DNA of 64,000 nucleotides from an uncultured Melioribacteraceae bacterium (GTDB lineage: Bacteria > Bacteroidota > Ignavibacteria > Ignavibacteriales > Melioribacteraceae), in contig CAZULK010000001.1 in assembly GCA_964621225.1 (NCBI GenBank), forward strand, positions 3,888 through 67,887, given 5' to 3'. Both the position numbers and the translations under genes were made by a program. Positions 50,301 through 59,008 of this stretch are shown here, piece after piece. Positions within the stretch are counted from its first letter, which is position 1; each line of letters begins with the position of its first letter. A model generated the notes under the pieces. The model made no database searches, was not told the origin of the DNA, and saw only the letters and a list, made by a program, of their open reading frames with translations.

Positions 50301-50987
50301 TTCTTCATCTAAATAAATTGACCAATGTTCCCGGATATAATTAAGTTGTTGCATTAAATCGTCGGGGAATTCCATTATCGGTTTCTTCAAGAAAGTCAGT
50401 AAATCCAATTTTTCTTCCCCAAGCGGAGGCTCTTTTGCAAAGAACTCTTGCAGTACATCAATTATTTGCTTATAAGTTCTCTTGTCTTCCAGATATTCGT
50501 GATTAAAAAGTTCCTTCAATTTATCTGCTGCTCTATTTTCATTTTCCAAATTGAGCATTATCAACTCTTCGAGGGCAATGAGTTTGTTTTCCCTTCCTCC
50601 ATGGCTGCCTTCAAAGTACTCTTTCACGGAAATTGAACCGCTATAAACCTCTTTCGGAGGAAAAATACGAATGAAATCTTGTATAAAATAATTAAATATA
50701 TCCTTGCCAATAGATTTTTCAAGCTCGGAATATGCTCTCTTAATAGCATCGGGATTTATTTTATTTTCATATTGCCTTAGTATGAAGTGGCAAATTTCAT
50801 CTATCAATCCGAGTGCGTTTAATTCACCCGGGGATACCAAATGCTCTGTTCTGCCTTCATTGAGTTTTTGAGCCAGTTTTCTTACTTCCGGAAAATTTGC
50901 TAACACTACATTTCCATTATATTCGAATAGCGAAGCCGAAAGTTGAAATTTATCCCTTATGTATTTAGCAATGTGAAATTCGAACAT
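47394..50987 (-). CDS. Very large (1197 aa) alpha-amylase-superfamily (GH13-like) protein with long unassigned N- and C-terminal regions
   Basis: GH13 regions I DMVPNH, II IIRFDAAMTL, III LLLAEAFW and variant IV FMSNPDE in the central ~430 aa. ~330 aa N-terminal and ~440 aa C-terminal parts have no motifs I recognise. Confidence 0.7.
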   Translation of the reverse strand: MFEFHIAKYIRDKFQLSASLFEYNGNVVLANFPEVRKLAQKLNEGRTEHLVSPGELNALGLIDEICHFILRQYENKINPDAIKRAYSELEKSIGKDIFNYFIQDFIRIFPPKEVYSGSISVKEYFEGSHGGRENKLIALEELIMLNLENENRAADKLKELFNHEYLEDKRTYKQIIDVLQEFFAKEPPLGEEKLDLLTFLKKPIMEFPDDLMQQLNYIREHWSIYLDEEFVNRILSGKDLFKEEFVLQGFGDGASPTFVPQYKEGIKLGTASLGKSGFDFVEESLSDYEEPEQFTPDVHWMPNVVLLAKNTYVWLDQLSKKYGREIKRLDQIPEEELDLIASRNFNSIWLIGIWERSSASKKIKHLMGNIDAVASAYSLYDYTIAHDLGGEEAYKVLDARCKERGIRLASDMVPNHTGIYSDWTIHHPEYFIQRDDLPYPNYSFEGEDLSEDPNIEIKIEDGYYSKSDAAVVFRWRNKNTGEIKYIYHGNDGTNMPWNDTAQLNMLKEEVREAVIQKIFEVARRFSIIRFDAAMTLAKKHFQRLWYPQPGTGGDIPTRSEYAMTRKEFDQFFPKEFWREVVDRINETMPETLLLAEAFWLMEGYFVRTLGMHRVYNSAFMHMMMNEENDKYRDLITNTLEFDPDILKRYVNFMSNPDEETAIKQFGMDDKYFGVCVLMSTLPGLPMFAHGQIEGYTEKYGMEYKRAYYDEYPNNWLIEKHNREIFPILGKRYLFSEVDNFWFYDFHENGSINENVFAFTNSFGEEKVLVLYNNKYERATGRIHKSTPKINKGNPDKSLHTIYITEALGIKPDPNYFYKAKELTSHQEYLFAGDEFINGIHFTLDGFKYKVFYGFEELYDSTGELRAIKNRVQSSAIQSLKKELELFKLTPVHEKIENFFEEKFFDELVRNFVIVKNSQLAGSDVLKMIDIKLKNLTGQIHDSLNLEAKEKETYTLKLFIASLGLTNQIIEEEKFDKQLKYRDIPNSIVISEKNKYHENSFILVLFKLLELLRNNYAGNEEKLELDKVTVQILNKLGRGERGVFYDSHLLKIMLNISFPLEEISDSETSSEFKSGLLNEIKKKFATLLENEHVAEYINVNKHNSIVYYSKENFEELLDWLFTFSIVKDVCRALEGQQNNDAGDFFIYPEEREIIVSKLKFRFGFIEELKSLSANCGYQFNKLKSILLQPEVTKGKSEK

Positions 50988-51255
50988 GTAAAATCCTCAA
51001 TTATTAATTGCGCAAATATAACCATAATTATACTTTCTTTTTTCTTATTTGAACCTTGATATATTACGCGGATGATGGAAGTGAATATAATATGCCCGCT
51101 ATGAAAAGGCATTCAATATGGACATAAAATAGTTTTAGGTAATAATAGTGTGTTATTTAAGAGATATGAAATTTATAATGCTTTTGTAAATGTCAGCTTA
51201 TTTACATAAAATTAGTTACTTTTAACGAATATTTGTAACAACAATTGAGAGTATT

Positions 51256-53739
51256 ATGGATTTTCTATCGAACAAATATTTTAATTGGTTGCAAAAAGGT
51301 GCTCCGACCGGAGATGTAGAGAAATATCCGTTGATAGACGAGAATGGTGAAACGTCTGTCGAAGGTATATATGTTGCGGGTGATCTGACCGGGTTACCGC
51401 TACTAAAACTCGCGGCCGAAAGCGGAAAAGAAAGAGTTGATTTCCTTTTGAACGATCAAAAATTTCTTGAGGAAAAAAGTAAAAACAAAAATCCGGATGT
51501 TTATGATTTTATAATTATTGGAGCCGGACCTGCGGGAATAGCCGCAGCAATTGAAGCTAAAAAAAACAATTGCAATTTTCTCATTTTGGAATCGGATAAA
51601 ACCTTCAGTACAATTGTTAATTTCCCAAAAGGTAAGCCAATATTTGCCGAGCCGGAAGATTATACTCAAAAAGCCGATTTGATTATTAATGACGGCACAA
51701 AAGAAAGTTTGTTGAAAGAACTCTATTCGCAGCTTGAAGGTAAAGATCTTCCCTTGGTAGAAGGGGCTGTTGTACAAGATATTAAAAAGGAGCGCGATCA
51801 TTTTGTTATATCTACAAAAGAAAATCAATATAAAGCTCTTCGTGTTATTCTAGCCATCGGGAAATCCGGAAATTCGAGAAAATTAAATGTTCCAGGCGAG
51901 GAATTACCTAAAGTATTCAATAGGCTTTTCGATCCTGCGGATACTAAAGATCAGCATGTACTTGTTGTTGGAGGAGGGGATTCCGCATTGGAAACAGCTA
52001 TAGCTGTTGCAGAGTATGCATTGAGTGTTACTATTAGTTACAGAAAATCCGAATTCAGTAGACCAAAGGAAGGGAATCTTGAAAAAATTAATAAATTGGT
52101 GAATGAAGGAAGAGTAAAAATATATTATAAATCACAAGTAAAAGAAATTCATCAGGATGAAGTTGTTCTTTCCACTGAAAATGGAGAAGTGAAAATCCCA
52201 AACGATTCAGTCTACGTAATGATAGGGAAGGAACTCCCCTTGGAATTTTTCCGGAGAATAGGAATAAAAATGGAAGGGGAGATGAATTTATTCTCCAAAC
52301 TTCAATTTTTACTTCTTATCTTGTTTGCCGGTGTTCTCTATTTCGGAAAAAGCTCTGCAACATTCTATAAAGAATTTACAGATTTGAAAATCACAAATTT
52401 TGGTGAAGTGATATCCAACTTTTTCTCCCTTCACTTTTGGACAAAAATCATAGAATTGCCATATGTCCTTGTAATGACGTTATTCTCCGATAAGATTAGA
52501 GTGTGGAATGCATCAAAGTATTTTAACGCAATTGTGGCGTACATCTCATTTGTCGGCTTTGTTTTATTAGGCATTTATGTATTGATTAAATTTATTATCG
52601 AGTACAAAAGAAAAATAAAATTAGATTGGACAACATTTAAATATTCATATTTCATTTTGATGGGGATATTTTTTCTCATTACATTTTTTGGCGGAAGGTA
52701 TTTTGGATACGAAGTGATGGGCAAATCACAAGGATTTTGGTATACTGCAATGTACTCTGTCACAATAGTGATATTTGGTTTAAGACGAATTAAAGTAAGA
52801 CCGACCGGATATATAAAGCGTCAAACTTGGACATTGATGCTGGTTCAAGTACTTTTTCTCTTCCTTCTACCGGAATTTATTTTACCCTACTTGGGTTCTA
52901 TTGGGGCATTAGGGGCAAAAGATAGTTTTATAATGACACAAATCTTTCCCGGAGAAAGTTATTGGCGTTCCTATGGTTTCATACTAGCTTGGCCTTTGAA
53001 TTTCAGCAATTTATATAATTCTAATATTACTACGTTTTGGTTAGTCTTCAGTATTATTCAAACTTTCGTTATAATTCCTTTTATTGTTTACAAATGGGGA
53101 AAAGGCGCCTACTGCGGTTGGATTTGTTCTTGCGGAGGATTGGCGGAAACCTTAGGCGATGAATATAGAACCTTAGCCCCTCACGGAGCGAAAGCCAAAA
53201 AGTGGGAAAATATCGGGCAATGGATTCTTGCATCCGCATTCTTAATTACTGCATTCAAATTAATCGGTATTATATATAAAATCCGGATTCCCATCATTAA
53301 TGAATCTTTTAATTACACGGCGGACTTTCTTCATAATTTCTACTATGTAGGGATTGATGTAATTTTCGCCGGTGTACTCGGGTTAGGCGTTTACTTTTTC
53401 ATGAGCGGAAGAATATGGTGCAGATTCGGTTGTCCTTTGGCGGCGTTAATGCATATTTATAATAGATTTTCAAGATACAGAATTTTCTCCGAAAAAAAGA
53501 AATGTATTTCTTGCAACATCTGTACAAAGGTTTGTCATATGGGAATCGACGTTATGAATTACGCAAATAAAGGCATTCCAATGAACGACGTGGAATGCGT
53601 GAGATGTTCAGCTTGTGTTGTTAATTGTCCTACTGAAGTGTTATCGTTTGGATCGCTACCTAAAACTGACGTCGATAATAAACTCTACAAAGAGATTGAG
53701 CTGCCGGTTGTAAGCGGTTGGCAAAGCGGGAAAAATTGA
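51256..53739 (+). CDS. Fusion of a thioredoxin-reductase-like FAD/NAD(P) flavoprotein with a polytopic NapH/NosR-like CX3CP plus 2x[4Fe-4S] ferredoxin membrane module
   Basis: GIYVAGD (res ~38), IIIGAGPAG (res ~86), VVGGGDSALE (NAD fold). About 8-10 TM helices, CGWICSCG and CRFGCP, CISCNICTKVC and CVRCSACVVNCP clusters, 827 aa. Confidence 0.8.
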   Translation: MDFLSNKYFNWLQKGAPTGDVEKYPLIDENGETSVEGIYVAGDLTGLPLLKLAAESGKERVDFLLNDQKFLEEKSKNKNPDVYDFIIIGAGPAGIAAAIEAKKNNCNFLILESDKTFSTIVNFPKGKPIFAEPEDYTQKADLIINDGTKESLLKELYSQLEGKDLPLVEGAVVQDIKKERDHFVISTKENQYKALRVILAIGKSGNSRKLNVPGEELPKVFNRLFDPADTKDQHVLVVGGGDSALETAIAVAEYALSVTISYRKSEFSRPKEGNLEKINKLVNEGRVKIYYKSQVKEIHQDEVVLSTENGEVKIPNDSVYVMIGKELPLEFFRRIGIKMEGEMNLFSKLQFLLLILFAGVLYFGKSSATFYKEFTDLKITNFGEVISNFFSLHFWTKIIELPYVLVMTLFSDKIRVWNASKYFNAIVAYISFVGFVLLGIYVLIKFIIEYKRKIKLDWTTFKYSYFILMGIFFLITFFGGRYFGYEVMGKSQGFWYTAMYSVTIVIFGLRRIKVRPTGYIKRQTWTLMLVQVLFLFLLPEFILPYLGSIGALGAKDSFIMTQIFPGESYWRSYGFILAWPLNFSNLYNSNITTFWLVFSIIQTFVIIPFIVYKWGKGAYCGWICSCGGLAETLGDEYRTLAPHGAKAKKWENIGQWILASAFLITAFKLIGIIYKIRIPIINESFNYTADFLHNFYYVGIDVIFAGVLGLGVYFFMSGRIWCRFGCPLAALMHIYNRFSRYRIFSEKKKCISCNICTKVCHMGIDVMNYANKGIPMNDVECVRCSACVVNCPTEVLSFGSLPKTDVDNKLYKEIELPVVSGWQSGKN

Positions 53740-53742
53740 GAA

Positions 53743-53762
53743 GGCGGGGATTTTTCCCCGCC
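53743..53762. terminator. GC-rich hairpin between convergent genes (probable bidirectional terminator)
   Basis: GGCGGGGA-TTTT-TCCCCGCC: 8-bp stem 4 nt after the stop at 53739 and 25 nt from the convergent stop at 53787. T-tract is inside the loop or flank rather than a clean tail. Confidence 0.65.
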
Positions 53763-53786
53763 CATCTTAGGAGGTTATGGTAATGT

Positions 53787-54311
53787 TTACCATACAAATC
53801 TGAAACCGATACTGTTGGAGAGTCCGTTGAATTTCAATCCGTTTGAATAGATTCCCAAATCAAAATTCAATCCGAAGTTGTTTAATAATTTATAGTCAAC
53901 GCCTACACCAAAGCGAGCAAACATTTGAGTATCATCGGTATCCTTTCCATTAAGGGATGTTCTGGAACTGGAAACTACTGCACCTCCCGAAAAATAGGGA
54001 TAAAAGTTGCCAAAATTCATGGGAGTTACGAAAACTGAAATATGTCCTCTGTAATCCTTGACATTAGCATAACTATCTTCTGCATCACCCGACAGATACT
54101 CAAACGTTGCCGCTACCGTGGCTTCTTTAGTTATTTTTGCACCAAGCACAAATCCATAGCCAAAAGGAGATTCAATATTGCTGATTTTATGATCGTTATC
54201 GAGATTTACCAAGTTGCTGGAAACCAATCCAATTGAATATTTTCCTTGTGCTTGAATCATGGTCGACGCAAATAGAATTAATACGAATAATTTTACAAGT
54301 TGCTTTTTCAT
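53787..54311 (-). CDS. Small outer-membrane beta-barrel protein (8-strand OmpW/OmpA-barrel-like)
   Basis: Signal peptide LFVLILFASTMIQAQ, alternating pattern, C-terminal SIGFRFVW aromatic terminus, 174 aa. 3 nt downstream of the ABC-2 permease. Confidence 0.7.
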   Translation of the reverse strand: MKKQLVKLFVLILFASTMIQAQGKYSIGLVSSNLVNLDNDHKISNIESPFGYGFVLGAKITKEATVAATFEYLSGDAEDSYANVKDYRGHISVFVTPMNFGNFYPYFSGGAVVSSSRTSLNGKDTDDTQMFARFGVGVDYKLLNNFGLNFDLGIYSNGLKFNGLSNSIGFRFVW

Positions 54312-54314
54312 TTT

Positions 54315-55451
54315 TTACCTCACTGATTGTTTGCGTTTGTGAATTATGTTTATTGTTACAAAAAGTAAAATTGCTTGAAGGGATGAAATTGTTAGTTCAA
54401 AAATTATATTATTCAATAATGCACCGGACGAAACCACTTTGCTCATGCCTAGTAAATAGGGCGTAGCCGGAATTAAATAACTTAAATATGGCAAAGCAGA
54501 AGGCATGGCAACATGCAGCCAACTATAACCTGAAATCAAAAAAATAGGATAGGAAGAAAAGGCTAAAATGATAAGCACATTTTTTTTGTTCCGGATTAAA
54601 ATGCCTATTATAAATCCGGCTAGTATGGAATTTATCAAAAATAGAATTGTCAATACTGCAGCAGCAGAAATGGAACCTGTAAACGATAAACCCATCGAAG
54701 GTAGAATAATTGCTAAAAATATAACAGCATAGATTGCAAATAGTGTAAAATATGGTATCCCTTTGGCCAAAAAGTTTTTGTTAAAGTTACTGATAGTTGA
54801 GCCGTTTATTATTTTATTTTCCGTGCTCATGCTTTCGCCGGTTGCAATCAACAAAGTTTGATGAAGTATCAAAAGAAGTACTCCGGGAATTAAAAAGTCG
54901 CCGTAACTTTCAAGGGGATTGAATAGGGGTTTAATATCGGTAATAACCGGCATTATTTGTTTTAGACCTATTCCGCTATTCATCAATTTGGAATTGATAT
55001 ACTTTAAGCGGATTCCGTAATTATACTTTGCTATCACTTCGTTTACAGCTTTATTTATATCGTTCGAGACCAGAAATCTGGTTGTGTTGAGAAGTACGCC
55101 TACATTTGCGTGTTTGCCTTTCTTAAGGTTTTTGTCAAAATCATTTTCAAATTCCACTATCCCGTAAATGGCTTCTTTCTGCAATAAATGTTTTGCTTGT
55201 TCAAAATTATCAGTTTCCAAAATCACATCTATCGAAGGATGTGCAATTAAATCAGAAATTATTTTATTTGTTAATTCCGAATTATTATGCTTCACTACTG
55301 CAACCGGTAATTCCGTTTCGAACTTTTTCGAATAAGTGCTTCCGTAAAAAATTGCATAGAATAGAGGAGCTACGACCAGAATCATCAACAGATCCCTATC
55401 ATGAATAATGTGTTTAATTTCCCGTCTTAATTCAAAAATAAATTCTCTCAT
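54315..55451 (-). CDS. ABC-2-type transporter permease (YhhJ/YbhR-like)
   Basis: One N-terminal TM helix, large extracytoplasmic loop, then five C-terminal TM helices. 378 aa, overlaps the upstream permease by 4 nt. Confidence 0.75.
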   Translation of the reverse strand: MREFIFELRREIKHIIHDRDLLMILVVAPLFYAIFYGSTYSKKFETELPVAVVKHNNSELTNKIISDLIAHPSIDVILETDNFEQAKHLLQKEAIYGIVEFENDFDKNLKKGKHANVGVLLNTTRFLVSNDINKAVNEVIAKYNYGIRLKYINSKLMNSGIGLKQIMPVITDIKPLFNPLESYGDFLIPGVLLLILHQTLLIATGESMSTENKIINGSTISNFNKNFLAKGIPYFTLFAIYAVIFLAIILPSMGLSFTGSISAAAVLTILFLINSILAGFIIGILIRNKKNVLIILAFSSYPIFLISGYSWLHVAMPSALPYLSYLIPATPYLLGMSKVVSSGALLNNIIFELTISSLQAILLFVTINIIHKRKQSVR

Positions 55452-56521
55452 TGTGCTGTTCCTCTTTTAGATGAGAAAATAATAATTGCCATCGAAAGTA
55501 ATAGGAATAACGTTAACGCAAATAATTCATTTACCGAACTAAATAAACCGGAACCCATTTCTGCGATTTTAATATATGCTTCTAAAACATAGGAAAAGGG
55601 AATAATTTTCGAATAAAGTTGATGAATCGCGGGCATTCCCCAAGTTGGGAATGTTAAACCGGAAAAAATAAAAGCCGGTGTTGTATAGAAAATTACGGCT
55701 TCCACCGCCAACATTCCTCCTTTGGTAACGGATGCAATTGCAAATCCAAGTAATACAGCCACTAATTCGGAGTAGATAATTAAAGCAAATACCAAAGCCG
55801 GATTCTTCACAAATGAAATATTCATTAGCGGCATTTGAATAAATACTACGAATAAGGAAACTATAATATTGAGTAGAATTAGATAACTCAACTTCTTCCA
55901 TTTTGATGTTTCTTTTATCTCGAATACCAAACTACCTGAGAGAATTGCTGCCAGCTGAAGTGTGAATAAAATCAATCCGGGCACAAGATAATTCAAATAA
56001 TTATAATTTGGATTGAATAGTGATTGAGTATGTATTACTATCGGATTTGCCAAAACTTCAGCATTGAGTTTGTTCAATCCGGCTTTCATTTGCTTCCCGG
56101 CAAAAAGTTTGGATGAAAAGATTCTTCCTATTGTTGCAGATTCTTTCAACAGCAAATTACTCAGTATTACATTTTTGCTGGCTTTCCAAAAGGTTAATTT
56201 TGCTTGCTTACCGCTTTTTATTTCCTTTGTAAAGTCCCGCGGTATTATTAAAGCAGCGTAAGCCTTTTCTTCAATCAACTGAGATTTTATTTCTTTTTCT
56301 GAATGTAATTCACCGACAACTTTTATGGTGGGGGAATCTTCGTACATTTTAACCAATTGTCTGGATAATTCCGAATTGTCATTATCCACAACGAGGATGG
56401 GGAGTTCCTCCAATATTTCACTCTGGTAAATTTCTGCATATATAAATGCAGTTACTATAGGGATAATTACTGTTACTAAAATGATGACTTTATTTTTAAA
56501 GATTTTTTTCATTTTCTTCAT
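55448..56521 (-). CDS. ABC-2-type transporter permease (YbhS-like)
   Basis: Same architecture as 54315..55451, 357 aa. Confidence 0.75.
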   Translation of the reverse strand: MKKMKKIFKNKVIILVTVIIPIVTAFIYAEIYQSEILEELPILVVDNDNSELSRQLVKMYEDSPTIKVVGELHSEKEIKSQLIEEKAYAALIIPRDFTKEIKSGKQAKLTFWKASKNVILSNLLLKESATIGRIFSSKLFAGKQMKAGLNKLNAEVLANPIVIHTQSLFNPNYNYLNYLVPGLILFTLQLAAILSGSLVFEIKETSKWKKLSYLILLNIIVSLFVVFIQMPLMNISFVKNPALVFALIIYSELVAVLLGFAIASVTKGGMLAVEAVIFYTTPAFIFSGLTFPTWGMPAIHQLYSKIIPFSYVLEAYIKIAEMGSGLFSSVNELFALTLFLLLSMAIIIFSSKRGTAQ

Positions 56522-56523
56522 TT

Positions 56524-57492
56524 TCAGTTAAGTTCAAATTTTACATTCATGCCCGGTCTCAACCCTTCAAAATTACTCTCGGGAGATAATCTTACTTCGA
56601 ATGTTCTGATATCGAAATCGCCTTTTTGCGAAGTGGGTTTCCAGCTTGCATAATCGGCAAGAGGGGAAACATAATAGACTTTGAAAGGAATTGTTTTACC
56701 GATTGCCGGAAGATACCCGTCAATTACTTCTCCTGTTTTGATTTTGGAGAGTTCATTCTCTTTTACATTTATTACTGCATATTCTGAATTGTCTCTTACA
56801 ATTGTAAGCAAAGGATAACCTGCAGAGATAATTTCCCCTTGATCTGCAACCAGAGAATAAACAGTCCCACTCACTTTCGCTGTGATAGTCAATTCATCAT
56901 GATAAGCCAATGCTTCTTTATACACATTCTCAGCCTGACGGAAAAGGGATTCTGCTGCGGATTTTTCTTCCGGACGTGCACCTTCCAGTACCATATCGTA
57001 TTTCGCATTAGCAGCTTCGTATTGTGCTTTTGCGGCTTTGTATTTGAAAGATATCTCATCGAATTTTTGTCGGGAAATGACGCTGTCCTCGTAAAGTTTT
57101 TCCAGTCTTAAATACGATGATTTTGCAAAATCATATTGATACTTTGCTTGTTCTACAAGTTTCTTTACGGCTTTTATTTGCTGTTTACGGGCTCCCGATT
57201 TTGCCATTTCCCATTTTGCCTTTGCAGCCAGCATCACACTTTTGGCTTGTTCCAGTTTAGCGTCCATTTCTTTGCTTTCCAGAACTGCAAGTGTATCACC
57301 TCTTCTTACTTTGTCTCCTACTCTTACATAAAGTGTGTCAATTCTTCCCGGGATTTTACTCGAGGCATCTATCTCATTAACTTCAATTTTTCCGAAGTAA
57401 TCTATCTGATCAGAACTATTACATCCGGTAGCTGCTAAACTTAAGACTAAAATCATAGCGCTTGTAATAAATCTTGTTAAAATATTTTTCAT
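56524..57492 (-). CDS. HlyD-family periplasmic adaptor (membrane fusion) lipoprotein
   Basis: Lipobox LAATGCNS, lipoyl-like RVGDKVRRGDTLAVLE, long alpha-hairpin coiled coil, beta-barrel domain, 322 aa. Confidence 0.85.
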   Translation of the reverse strand: MKNILTRFITSAMILVLSLAATGCNSSDQIDYFGKIEVNEIDASSKIPGRIDTLYVRVGDKVRRGDTLAVLESKEMDAKLEQAKSVMLAAKAKWEMAKSGARKQQIKAVKKLVEQAKYQYDFAKSSYLRLEKLYEDSVISRQKFDEISFKYKAAKAQYEAANAKYDMVLEGARPEEKSAAESLFRQAENVYKEALAYHDELTITAKVSGTVYSLVADQGEIISAGYPLLTIVRDNSEYAVINVKENELSKIKTGEVIDGYLPAIGKTIPFKVYYVSPLADYASWKPTSQKGDFDIRTFEVRLSPESNFEGLRPGMNVKFELN

Positions 57493-57506
57493 TTTCTCTC
57501 TTCCTC

Positions 57507-58958
57507 CTAATCAATAAATTCCAAAATTTTTTCCGGTTCACCACTTGCCTCAAATAGATTGAGTAATGCAGAGTAGTATTTATAAATCGCTGTGGATTGA
57601 TCTATTTTTGCTTTTTCTAATCCAAGTTCCGCATCAATTACTTCCGTGGTTGTTCCGGTACCGCTTTCAAATTTTTTCTCTGCTATTCGAAGATTCTCGC
57701 TTGCCAATTCAATTCTTTTGCCGGAGAGTTTTAATTCATCAAGTGCGTTTAGCAATTCTTTATAATTTTTATTTACCCAAAGATTAATTTTTCTTTTTAT
57801 GCTTTCTTTTTTATAATCTGCCTGTTCTTTTAAGTAGTTCGCATTTTCCAATTCCATGTAATCTTTAAATCCGTTGAATAAATTCATTTTCAGCTGAACT
57901 CCTATCACCCATTTGGGTTCGAGAACAGAGAGATATTCGGGGTAAACTTCTTTCATTCCGAATGCAGCTATCTGTGGTAAAAATTCGGATCTTTTAATTA
58001 TGTAATTATCTTCAGCCTGATTGATTTTTTCTTCAATCATTTTTATTGCAGGATGATTTAACTGCGACTTATTCAGGAAATCTTTCAGATTGAAAGATTC
58101 TTCAGGCAACTGAGGGTCTATTAGTTTGATGCTCAAATCCGATTTATCCAGTCCGCAAAGTTCTTTTAGTGAAAGGATTAGAAGTTGACTGTTGTGTCTA
58201 TCACGCTTATAATTTAATGTTGCTTCCGATAACGCAACTTCTGCTTTGGTGATGCTAAATTTAGTAACCAACCCTTCGTCAAAAGCTTTTTCCGCTTCAG
58301 ATTTATGTCTTTGAACGGCTGCAATTACTTCTTTCCGAATTTCAACTATATTTTGCAGGAGATAAGCTTTTAAGTAAATATCTGAAATTTTCGATATGAG
58401 CTCATTTCTTTTCCTAAGCTGTTCATTCTTCTCATAGTTTAAATTTGAATTTCTATAGTTTTTATAAGCAATTAGTTTCCCGCCCAAAAATAGAGGTTGA
58501 ACAGCGGTAAGTTCTCCGTGATAGTAATTCTGTTTTTTCAGTTCCATGTTGAAAGCGGGTATCTGGTTATTCAGTAAACTATAGTACTGATTAAAAATTG
58601 CAGATTTTTCGGCGGGGGAATAGGATGTCCCGCCGGAAGTTATATTATATAAATTCCGTAATTCGGTTTGATTGCCTGCTTGAAGAGTAATTATAAGTTG
58701 TCTGAACGGCTCAAGGTCTAATTCAAGCGGCGAATTCATTCTGGTGAATCCACCTTCAAAATTAAGTGAAGGGAAAAAATTACCCCATGCTTTCTTTAAT
58801 TCATTTTCGGCGGACTTAACTTTAAGATTTTGAATTTTTAAATCCGGGTTATTCGAAAGGGCTAAATTTATTGCCTCAGAAAGACTTATCTGCTGAGGAA
58901 AAATTTCAACTCCCCATAATAGAGAAATAAAAAGAGTTAAAATCATCTTACGTTTCAT
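57507..58958 (-). CDS. TolC-family outer-membrane efflux protein
   Basis: Two-repeat coiled-coil/beta pattern, LSEAINLALSNNPDLK start typical of the TolC family. ATG at 58958 (MKRKMILTLF signal peptide) preferred over 59033, which would overlap the TetR gene. Confidence 0.85.
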   Translation of the reverse strand: MKRKMILTLFISLLWGVEIFPQQISLSEAINLALSNNPDLKIQNLKVKSAENELKKAWGNFFPSLNFEGGFTRMNSPLELDLEPFRQLIITLQAGNQTELRNLYNITSGGTSYSPAEKSAIFNQYYSLLNNQIPAFNMELKKQNYYHGELTAVQPLFLGGKLIAYKNYRNSNLNYEKNEQLRKRNELISKISDIYLKAYLLQNIVEIRKEVIAAVQRHKSEAEKAFDEGLVTKFSITKAEVALSEATLNYKRDRHNSQLLILSLKELCGLDKSDLSIKLIDPQLPEESFNLKDFLNKSQLNHPAIKMIEEKINQAEDNYIIKRSEFLPQIAAFGMKEVYPEYLSVLEPKWVIGVQLKMNLFNGFKDYMELENANYLKEQADYKKESIKRKINLWVNKNYKELLNALDELKLSGKRIELASENLRIAEKKFESGTGTTTEVIDAELGLEKAKIDQSTAIYKYYSALLNLFEASGEPEKILEFID

Positions 58959-59008
58959 AAAAACCTCGTTGTATAATGAATCAATATTCAATAATAATTT
59001 AAAAAATT

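Noticed and set aside
50988-51255. Possible small RNA or micro-ORF in the 268-bp divergent region (for example MPAMKRHSIWT, hairpin TGTAAAT-N8-ATTTACA)
   Set aside because: The micro-ORF has no RBS and the hairpin is a 7-bp A/T stem. The region is most simply a pair of divergent promoters.
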